In this document: one piece after another, positions 54,136 to 64,000 of the stretch | Layout: every line of letters begins with the position of its first letter | Numbering within the stretch: position 1 is the stretch's first letter | Program-made: the position numbers and the translations under genes | The notes under the pieces: model-generated | What the model was told of the DNA's origin: nothing | The model's database searches: none | The model's input: only the letters and a program-made list of their open reading frames with translations | DNA from: Octopus vulgaris | Lineage: Eukaryota | DNA length: 64,000 nt | Direction of reading: 5' to 3' | Assembly: GCA_951406725.2 (NCBI GenBank) | Contig: CATOCA020000001.1 | Span: 10,478,001 to 10,542,000, forward strand

Positions 54136-55008
54136 GCAACAACGAATGGATTAATTGTTGCTGTGTTTAAAATCTACGAAACTAACCCCCGAATTTAGGC
54201 GGAGGTAAAAATGCCTATCGTTTTGAAGTGTCACATTTATATAGTTATGTTCTCATAACAATACAGACATGTCTAGTTAAGACATGATTTTGCGAGAATG
54301 ATTTAATGAAGACATCAAGACAGTTGAAATATTTGGGCGAAGATGGCACAGAATGACCCAATCAAGAAAGAACTGGAAGGGCATCGTGAGCAGCGACGTG
54401 TAACAGCATCCGATAGAATGAATCAGTACAGTCAGATATTAATACTCAAAGAAACATATAAATATAATTAATGGCATAAGAAAGGTTAACTGTCAGAAAT
54501 ATTTCAGAGGAGATTGAACGTGATTCCTTCTTGCTGTTGACACCTGGGGAAATGTCCTTTGAGTGAATTTCTCTTAATCAGCTGATAATAATACATTTAT
54601 AAATCTTATGATACATTTCTCAACTACTACATACACACATATAGGCGATCCTTCGATATAACTCGGGGAAATGTCACTTTTAATCAACTGTTAAGTTACA
54701 GCGCTCGGTAAATTCATTAAAATTTATTTATTTATTTTCGTAGGTGAAAATTGACAGACTTCGAAGGCAGCATAAAGTGAAAGAGAGAGGAAATGGATAT
54801 GGATGTGTGTATGTGTCGATGGGGGTTGCGAGACAGAAAGCGTGTGTTGTGTGTTGCTAAGAGAGGCTAACTTAATACTTTTCCTTAATTTGTGTTCCCT
54901 GGAAACTAATTAAAGACTAAGAAACGAAAGTGTAAAAAAGCGAAATTGTGAGATGTCAAGCGAAAAACGAATCAGTGACGTAGAAAAATGTTCGATATTT
55001 ATTGATAA

Positions 55009-55381
55009 TCTTTATATATAAAAGTAAGGTTGTGTGTCTGTCTCCTACGATTTAGATTCCTAACTACTCCCACATTTTGCGGTGCAGTTTAACCAAAACC
55101 GGGTATCTTATAGTCGTGATTCATATCGAGCCCTTCTGGGTATTAGCGTACGTCTACGATGAGTCTACGATTAAAAAAAAAATTACCATCATTTTTTTCC
55201 ATTTTAATGCATTTTTCGCTATTATATAAGGGAAGTAACTCTCTAGAAATGTCTTCGATGAGTCAACGATTTAAAAAAAAATTATAATGCATTTTTTGCT
55301 ATTTTTTGGCTATAACTCTCTAAAAATGCTTATATAGTTATTTCCCTTACAAACCCGAGCAACGCCGGGCGATACTGCCAG
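55009..55381 (+). mobile_element. Non-autonomous Helitron
   Basis: A|TC start and the same 3' terminal ~130 nt as 39814-40203 (CCAG|T). Confidence 0.65.
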
Positions 55382-56649
55382 TGTGTTATAAACACTTCGA
55401 TGTGTTATTCTCATTAAATCATATTTGGAAACCTGTAGAGTTTGCGCAAGAAAACAGATTTCATTAGACTCAATAAAAAGGAAAACAGTTTAAAGCAAAA
55501 AGGGTTGTGGTAAGAGTTATCCTTGCTCTGACTCTCTACTTCCCCGCCCTTCGTTATATATTCCTTACCTCTGACTCTCCCTCTCTCAGTAGACACTCTC
55601 ACCCCATTTAATGTGGACTGACTCCGCCCCTCTTACCTCTTACCCTTCCTCTATTAGTAAATGTATTTGCCTTCTCTCTCTGTAGCTAACAGTCTCTCTC
55701 TTCCCGCCTCCTTATATATTACAGTGCCTCTCCCTCTCTTGCCTTCTATTTCCATCCCCTTTCTCTCTCTCTCTCTCTCTCTCACACACCTACAATACAT
55801 AGCAATCGACTACTCCCTCTTTGTCTCCTCTCTCCCTCCTCCACTTCATTATATATTTATTTTAAACCCCGCCTCCCTTGCCATACCGCTCACCTCATCC
55901 CCTCCCTCACTTACTGATACTATATATCAGTTTCTCTTCCTCTCTCTAACCTCATACATTAACGTGTCCCTCCCCTTCCCTAGGTATCCCTCTCTCTTTT
56001 CCTTTCTTCCTCTCTATCTCCCTCCTCCTCTTCATTATATTATTACCCTCTCCTTCTTCCTCTCCTTTTATTTCTAACAACTTCTCTGATTTAAATTTTG
56101 GTGCAGCTTAATTTAAATAATTAATTATTTAACTAATGACTAATTACATAAATACTTTGTAAGTTTATAATTGAAGAAATTAAATAGTGCAAGCATTGAA
56201 GGACAATTTAAGAAGCATTTATTAAAATAATTGTCCTCTACATGATTTCACATTATGCTAGAAATAACAGCCAACTGCACACAAATTTACATTTGTTTCC
56301 ATTAAATAATTAAAAGGGACATTAAGAAGCATTTTAAAAATCTTTTCCCATATGTGGTATTCTTCATTCTAGAAATAGAAGCCGTGTGACTTTCAATTCA
56401 CTATGTTTGTCATATAAAAATTTGAAGGACAATTGAGAAGAATTTATAAAAGAAAGAGACCAACATATTTTCTCACATCTTACTAGAAACAGAAAGCAAG
56501 TCCTTCAAAGTTTATAGTTTTTCAGTTGTAACTGGAAGGACACTTCGAGAAACACCGCTACTTCTGCCTTCTCTCCAACACAACATTCTCCCACACTCTT
56601 ACTAAAACCTTTATATCATTTGCTCTCTCTCTCTCTCTGTCTTTCTCTG

Positions 56650-56699
<50 letters not shown>

Positions 56700-56763
56700 A
56701 AGAGAGAGAGAGGAGTGTATTGTCATTCGCTTGAAGCATTGTATATTGTTTGTAAAAAATATA

Positions 56764-57022
56764 AAGTGTCTTGAATGGCACAACAGTGCACTATAATAAC
56801 AACTATGGACTATAATAACTGTTATAATTTAATCATCCATAGTCTGATATAACATTTCGGAATATAGAAAAAACCATTGGAAAACCGATTGTAGCAGTGA
56901 CTCGATCAATTCCTAGGGATATCTGAAGAAGGAATTTTTATATCCCGAAATTTTGTATCAAACTATGGATGATTAAATTATAACAGTTATTATAGTGCTT
57001 TGTTGTGCCTTTCAAAACACAT
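56764..57022. mobile_element. Foldback/MITE-like long inverted repeat
   Basis: ctataataactgttataatttaatcatccatagt pairs with actatggatgattaaattataacagttattatag; arms extend to ggcacaaca/tgttgtgcc. Confidence 0.65.
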
Positions 57023-57047
57023 TCTTTTTCTCTCTCTCTCTCTCTCA

Positions 57048-57094
<47 letters not shown>

Positions 57095-57286
57095 ATACAC
57101 ACACACACAGAGTCTTTTAAATTCTAGGCGCAAGGCCCGAAATTTTGGGGGAGGAGTCCAGTTGAATAGATCGACCCCAGTAAGCAACTGGTACTTAGTT
57201 TATCGACCCCGAAAAGGTAAAGGACAAAGTTGACTGCGGCGGAATTTGAACTCAAAACGTTGACACAGACGAAATATATGTATTTC

Positions 57287-57688
57287 GATGCAGGAGTGGC
57301 TGTGTGGTAAGTCGTTTGTTTACCAACCACATGGTTCCGGGTTCAGTCCGACTGCGTGGCATCTTGAGCAAGTGTTGTCTGCTATAGCCTCGGGCCGACC
57401 AAAGCCTTGTGAGTGGATTTGGTAGACGGAAACTGAAAGAAGCTCGTCGTATATATGTATATATATGCGTGTGTGTGTTTGTGTATCTGTGTTTGTCCCC
57501 CTAGCATTGCTTGACAACCGATGCTGGTGAGTTTATGTACCCGTCAACTAGCGGTTCGGCAAAAGATACAGATAGAATAAGTACTGGGCTTACAAAAGAA
57601 AAAGTCCCGGGGTCGAGTTGATCGATTAAAGGCGGTGCTCCAGCATGGCCGCAGTCAAATGACTGAAACAAGTAAAAGAGTAAAAGAG
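57287..57688 (+). mobile_element. Same SINE family
   Basis: Near full-length match to 44956-45358. Confidence 0.85.
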
Positions 57689-58089
57689 TATATATATATA
57701 TACTTTTACCCCCTCCCGCTCTCGCTAAACTATATATCCCTCCCCTTCTCTCACCCTCTGTCTCTTTATGTTCCACTTTCTTTTCCTTCTCTCTCTCTCT
57801 CTCTCTCTCCTCTCTCACTTTATCTCTCTCCCCATATCTTTCTCTCTCTCTCTCTAAAGGACACTTTACAGATCAACTACAAAAATATTCCCCCACCCAT
57901 GATTTCATATCCTGCTAGAAAATACAACCAATTACCTTCAAACTTGCATTTACTTTCAATTGAAGGACAGTTTAAGAAGCATGTATTAGAACATTTCCTA
58001 TATGTGGTCAATCTTCACGCTAGAAACAGAAACCAAATGACTTCAAATTTTGTTTGTTTTTCATATAAGAATTGAAGGATGTTTCCAAA

Positions 58090-58392
58090 TTATCATCATC
58101 ATCATCATCATCGCTTAACGTCCGCTTTCCATGCTAGCATGGGTTGGACGGTGTTGACTGAGGGCTGGCGAACGAGATGGCTGCACCAGGCTCCAATCTT
58201 GATCTGGCAAAGTTTCTACAGCTGGATGCCCTTCCTAACGCCAACCACTCCGAGAGTGTAGTAGGTGATTTTTACGTGCCACCGGCACGGGGGCCAGTCA
58301 GGCGGTACTGGCAATGACCTCACGCAAATCTTTTTACACATGCCACCGGCACAGGAGGTCAGTGACGTGACGTTGGTAACGATCACGCTCGA
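58090..58392 (-). mobile_element. SINE/LINE-tail repeat with (ATG)n tail (related pieces at 33130-33340 and 40920-41050)
   Basis: catcatcgcttaacgtccgctttccatgctagcatgggttggacgg motif recurs in the window. Confidence 0.55.
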
Positions 58393-58464
58393 AAGGTTTC
58401 CAAAGTATTTATAAAAGCAATTGATCTCCAAATGATCTCAAAATATTTAATAAAAACGGTAACT

Positions 58465-58900
58465 ATGCATCCAGGCCTCAAACCCATATCTCCAGAAAGA
58501 CATTCAGCACCTAGAACGGGTTCAACACTTAGCCAACGGAATGATCGTGGGCCTGTCTAAGCTTACGGATGAGGAACGTCTCCAACGGCTGGCATTACCT
58601 TCACTCGAACAACGGAGAATGCGGGGAGAACTCATCCCAGCTTTCAACATCTTCAACGGGAATATAAATCTACCATTTGCGGAGTTTTTCACCCCTGCGC
58701 CGGATAGGGGTTTTCGTGAGCACGATTGGAAACTCTATCCCCGACACTTTCGACTCAACAGGCAAAAGGCTACATTCTCCATCCGTATCGCAGCCCCGTG
58801 GAACAAGCTACCACAAGATGTCATTCAACTGCCCACCACTCCCCTGTTCAAAGAGGCTCTGGACAATTGTGACGACTGTATAAAACAATAACTGCTTTTC
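58465..58900 (+). mobile_element. CR1/L2 LINE 3' fragment
   Basis: PYLQKDIQHLERVQ..EERLQRLALPSLEQRRMRGELI..FSIRIAAPWNKLP. Confidence 0.85.
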
Positions 58901-58929
58901 TTTTTTAACATGGCTTAAGCATATTGTGC

Positions 58930-59137
58930 TCTTTTACTCTTTTACTTGTTTCAGTCATTTGACTGTGGCCATGCTGAAGCACCGCCTTCACTAGAGCAAA
59001 TCGACCCCGGGAGTTATTCTTTGTAAGCCTAGTACTTATTCTATGAGTATCTATTTCCTAACCGCTAAGTTACGGAGACATAAACACACCAGCATTGGTT
59101 GTCAAGCGATGTTGGGGAGACAAACACAGACACACAA

Positions 59138-59210
<73 letters not shown>
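58930..59210 (-). mobile_element. 3' half of the same SINE ending in (CA)n (a similar piece lies at about 44275-44610)
   Basis: Reverse complement of the SINE 3' half. Confidence 0.75.
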
Positions 59211-59213
<3 letters not shown>

Positions 59214-59666
59214 TTAGAATTTACAAAAAGGACAGACCAAACAATATGAAAAACATTACAAATTTGAAAGTCTTTAATAATGGAAGGCAAAATGAAGTGT
59301 GCTGCTCTCAGCTACCATCTTAAGCTCCGATAGTGTGGGCGCATTGCCTCTGAAGATGGACAGGTAGAAAGCCTCAGCCAGTGCTGCTGTGGGGGTGGCG
59401 CCAAAAGAGACAGGTCTGAATCGGTTTTCCGTTTATATAGTTTCCATCGCGAGCCTCGTTGTGACCTCGCGCATGGCAAATGGATGCAGGTGGGGTATCG
59501 CTCAGGTCTCGTAGATGGCAATGGCTGCCGCGAGATCTCATCCAATATGGTGCTTGCTGCTTGTGCCGCTACAAGTCGTTGCTTGCTGCTTCCGGAATGA
59601 TGCGAGACAATATAGAGGTCAGGTTCTCTAACAAAGGCCGAAATAATTATGCGAAGGAGATAATTA

Positions 59667-59917
59667 TTGGGTTAGGGTGTAATTATTGTCTTTTTTTTTC
59701 CAAAAATTTATTCAACGAAAACAATAACAATATTTAACAAAAACATCTTTAAATGACGGTCTGACCGTCTGTCAAGCAAATGGCAAGCAGTAACTGAGGT
59801 AGATGGTGAATATGCTCCGGAATAATCATTTAAAGATGGTTTTGTTACATGTTGTTATAATATTTTTATTGAATAAAATTTGTTAAAAAAAGCTGCAATA
59901 ATTATGCCCCAACCCAA
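59667..59917. mobile_element. Tc1/mariner-type MITE
   Basis: TA|TTGGGTTAGGGTGTAATTATTG ... CAATAATTATGCCCCAACCCAA|TA; imperfect ~90-bp TIRs with TA TSD. Confidence 0.75.
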
Positions 59918-60303
59918 TAGATTGCGTGAGGGAGAGAGAGGGGGAGAAAGAAAGGAAGGAAAATAGAATTAAAGGAAGAAGAAGAGAAAGGAAAAGAATG
60001 AAATGAAGAAAGAAAGAAGGAGAGAGGAGGGAGGGGAAAACGCGACGTTATTCTGTCATAAAGTATGACATAAGAGTGAAAGAAAAAATGAGAAAGAGAA
60101 TGAGAGAAAGAAAGAAATAAAGAAGAGAAAAAAGAATGAAAGAAATAATTAAAGGAAGAAAGAAGGAAATAAATGAAGGAAAGAAGAAAGGAGGTAAGGA
60201 AGGAAGGAAGAAGGAAACAAGGAAAGGGAGGGAGAGGAAAGACAGAAAGTAAATAATGAAGTAAGAATTAAAGGAAGAGAGAAAGAAATAAGGAAAGAAA
60301 CTT

Positions 60304-61041
60304 AGGAGCGGCTGTGTGGTAAGTAGCTTGCTAACGAACCACATGGTTCTGGGTTCAGTCCACTGCGTGGCACCTTGGGCAAGTGTCTTCTACTATAGCC
60401 TCGGGCCAACCGAAGCCTTGTGAGTGGATTTGGTAGACGGAAACTGAAAGAAGCCCGTTGCATATATGTATATATATATGTATGTGAGTGTATATGTTTG
60501 TTTGTGTTTGTCCCCCCTCCAACATCGCTTGACAACCGATGCTGGTGTGTTTACGTCCCCGTAACTTAGCGGTTCGGAAAAAGAGAACGAAAGAATGAGT
60601 ACTAGGCTTACAAACAATAAGTCCTGGGGTCGATTTGCTCGACTAAAGACGGTGCTCCAGTATGGCCACAGAATAAAAGTAAAAGTAAAAAGAGGGGGCG
60701 CAGGAGTGGCTGTGTGGTAAGTAGCTTGCTTACCAACCACATGGTTACGGGTTCAGTCCTACTGCGTGGCACCTTGGGCAAGTGTCTTCTACTATAGCCT
60801 CGGGCCGACCAATGCTTTGAGAGTGGATTTGGTAGACGGAAACTGAAAGAAGCCCGTTGCATATATGTATATATATATGTATGTGAGTGTATATGTTTGT
60901 TTGTGTTTGTCCCCGTAACTTAGCGGTTCGGAAAAAGAGAAAGAAAGAATAAGTACTAGGCTTACAAAGAATAAGTCCTGGGGTCGATTTGCTCGACTAA
61001 AGACGGTGCTCCAGCATGGCCACAGAATAAAAGTAAAAGAG
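60304..61041 (+). mobile_element. Head-to-tail tandem pair of the same SINE (60304-60693, 60697-61041)
   Basis: Two copies sharing private variants; the second has an internal deletion of about 40 nt. Confidence 0.85.
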
Positions 61042-62011
61042 GGGGGGCAGTATGAGTAGAGAGACAAAGAGAAAAAAGTGTTAATATATAATGAGGTAAT
61101 AAAGAGAGAGGGGAGGGAGAAGAAGAAAGAAAGGAAGGGAGAAAGAGAGACAGACAGACAGAGGGAGAGAGGGAGAGGGAGAGACAGACAGACAGACTTG
61201 CATATGAAGGGACAGGGAGAGACTGAGATAGAGAAATTGAGGGTAAGGGTGAGGTAAGAGATAAAGCAAGGGAGGCGGAGTGGTTAAAAAAGATATATTA
61301 TGAGGGGCTGAGAGACAAAGAGGGATGTGTCGATTGTTGTGTGTTGTAGGAGGGAGGGAAGGAGAGAGAGAGAGAGAAAACGAGAGGGTATAAGGTAAGA
61401 GAATAGATGAGGCGGAATGATATAGTAATACATATGAGTGGGGGAGAGAGATAGAGAGAGCATGAGGTAGGAGGGAGATTAAGAAAAGCGGAATGACGTA
61501 GCAATATACAGATCGAAAGGGAGAGAGAGAAAAGAAAGGGGGAGCATACAGTAATATATAATGAGGTGGGAGGGGGAGAGAGAAAGCAAGAAAGGGGGAG
61601 CATACAGTAATATATAATGAGGTGAGACAAGGTGAGAGAGCAGTGGGAGGGGAGAGAGAATGTAGGTGAATTTTTGCGTGTGTGCAAGTGTATGCGTAAG
61701 TGTGTATATCTATGTATACGCTTATATATTGGTGCGCATGCATGTATGTACGCACACCCCTGTTAAATGAAAGAATAGCCTCCTGTCTTATTCTCCCGTA
61801 AAGCTTTCCGGCTTTTCAAAGAAAATATATTCAACACAATCAACTATTCATAGTGTGGGAAAGTTTGTTTCAAGCCGGGCGAACCTAATACAATAAAAGA
61901 ATGCGTCTAAATGTGCAGCAGACGGTGTTCACATGTTGATGCATGTGCGCAGACGAAACTGCTTGGTTCGAAGCGAGAGAATATCGAATAAATAAAAGAA
62001 TAAATTAGAAT

Positions 62012-62147
62012 GAACTAGAAAGGCACCCAAAGAGCGCAGACCTCCGCCAAGCAACCCATTTCCACCCATATACACGAATGCCCCAAAAATAGCCAATTTC
62101 TCAAACAAACATCAGCAGAAATATAACCTCCTTGGCGAGGGTAAAAA
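62012..62147. mobile_element. Small Helentron/DINE-like non-autonomous element
   Basis: Subterminal inverted repeat cctccgccaag ... cttggcgaggg with A-rich ends. Confidence 0.4.
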
Positions 62148-62454
62148 AAGATAACACGGCCATATAATTAAAAAAAAAAACCCTTTCAAAACAGGAATCA
62201 TTTGAAGCAATTAAATACATCACCACCACCACCACCACCACCACAAATATCCTACCACTAACACCACCACTACGACTACAAACATTATCATCAGCATTAT
62301 CATTGCTTCCACTTAGACCACATACACCACCATAGCTTTTCACCATTTCGGGGTCGATAAATTAAGTACCAGTTACGCACTGGTGTCGATATAATCTACT
62401 TAATCCATTTGTCTGTCTTTATTTGTCCTCTCTTCGTTTAGCTCTTTGTGGGTA

Positions 62455-64000
62455 GTTTGGCATCCTTTCTGTCTCGGGAGACAATGGAGTTGCGCATTTT
62501 TTTTTTTTTTTTTTTTCCTAGGTCTAGTCCGGCTGTTATATTTTATTTCCCGTTACATTTCTTGCTGTGGCTGTGTAGTCCTATCCTGGACAAACACTCC
62601 CTCTGGCAGGTACTGCAAATGTAGCGAAGACTGTTCCTGGCTGATTGTAGTGCCATGGTCTCTTGTTTATGTCTCTTCCTTTCTTTCCATTTCTCCTCTC
62701 TCTTTTTGTCACTCCTCTGTATACCCTCTTTTACTGTACGTCACCATTCTCCACGGTTGCCGGCGACTGCCTCCCAACCGCTAATGTTGATGTTGCAGGC
62801 CTTCATATCCCTTTTGCAAACATCCTTGTAACGTAAGATCGGTCTACCCACAGACCTAGTACCCCTAGCAAGCTCTCCGTAGAGTATGTCCTTGGGGATT
62901 CTGCCATCTTTCATACGGCTAGCATGCCCAAGCCATCTCATACGTCTTTGTGTGAGGAGTGCAAACATGCTTGGTATTCCTGCTTGCCTGAGGACATCTT
63001 TGTTGGGGATATGATTCTGCCATTTGATGTGGAGGATTTTTCGGAGGCAGCGCAGGTGAAAGATGTTTAGGCGACGCTCTTGGCGTGTGTATAGCGTCCA
63101 GGTCTCGCTTCCATACAGTAGAGTGCTGAGTACACATGCCTCGTAGATCTTCATTTTTGTGGTCTTGGTCAGCTTATTGTTGTCCCAAGCCCGTTTGGAG
63201 AGTTGGGCCATCGCAGCAGCTGCCTTGCCAATGCGTATATTGAGCTCAGCGTCAAGGGATAGGTTGTAGGTGACGGTAGAGCCTAGATAGGTAAACTTCT
63301 CCACCTCTTGTAATCTGTGGTCTCCAATATGTATGTTTGGGATGTCCGATGTAGCCTGGCCCATGATGTTGGTCTTCGTAAGGCTGATAGCTAAGCCAAA
63401 GTCGTTACATGCTTGCTCAAAACAGTTAATGAGCCTTTGGAGGGCTTCTTCTGTGTGTGTTACCAGAGCGGCATCATCAGCAAATAGCATCTCCTTGATC
63501 AGGACGTTTCTGATTTTAGTCTTGGCACACAGGCGCGAGAGATTGAACAGTTTCCCGTCACCTCTACTGTGCAGAAACACTCCATCATCTGATGTCTGAA
63601 AGGCATGTGACAGCAAGAGTGAGAAGAAGATGCCAAACAATGTAGGAGCGAGGACACAGCCCTGCTTTACCCCGTTTTTTATTTGGAAGGCGGCTGATGT
63701 TGAACCGTTGTGCTGTATGGTGCCTTGCATGTCATCATGGAAAGACTTGATGATCCTCAGCAGCTTTGGTGGACATCCGATTTTTGGAGCAGGATTAAGA
63801 GGCCTGTTCTGCTTAGCGAGTCAAAAGCCTTTGTTAGATCAATGAAGGCCATATATAATGGCATTTTCTGCTCTCTGGACTTCTCCTGAAGTTGGCGTAT
63901 GGAGAATATCATATCGATAGTTGATCTGCTTCTTCTAAAGACACACTGCGATTCCGGATAGATTCGAGAAGCAAGTAGTTGTAGCCTGGCCAGGATAACG
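62455..64000 (-). mobile_element. RTE (BovB-like) LINE, RT and 3' end, running off the window edge
   Basis: GVKQGCVLAPTLF, FADD, FTYLGS, LLYGSETW, WLGHASRM; frameshifts near 63780 and 62745. Confidence 0.9.

Noticed and set aside
52212-54170. 652-aa ORF and other long F/L/S-rich ORFs (43259-44094, 49226-51059, 55661-56077, 61081-61755)
   Set aside because: Artefacts of polypyrimidine low-complexity DNA that lacks stop codons.

Overview
AT-rich, repeat-dense eukaryotic (metazoan) DNA. The SINEs, LINEs and microsatellites match families I recall from octopus genomes (inference, not a database result). Positions 1-40 kb appear to be the 3' part of one plus-strand gene. At least 14 homologous micro-exon cassettes (7 with intact GT/AG, all phase 1-1, 51-87 nt; 7 defective) lie in nested tandem segmental duplications. 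They encode a disordered Ser/acidic linker with repeated VQT/TQ motifs (LC8-like) and splice in frame onto a 4.9-kb terminal exon (34430-39305) encoding about six tandem NHL-like beta-propeller domains. That exon has one frameshift near 34800. The introns hold fossils of Hero-, RTE-, CR1- and Penelope-like retroelements, a near-intact Dong/R4 LINE in a (TAA)n tract, and a core-intact minimal hammerhead ribozyme. Positions 40-64 kb are intergenic: SINEs, Helitron-type elements, MITEs, a hAT fossil, 121-bp and 171-bp tandem arrays, polypurine/pyrimidine tracts and an RTE LINE. Repeat coordinates are approximate; exon coordinates were read from the splice dinucleotides.
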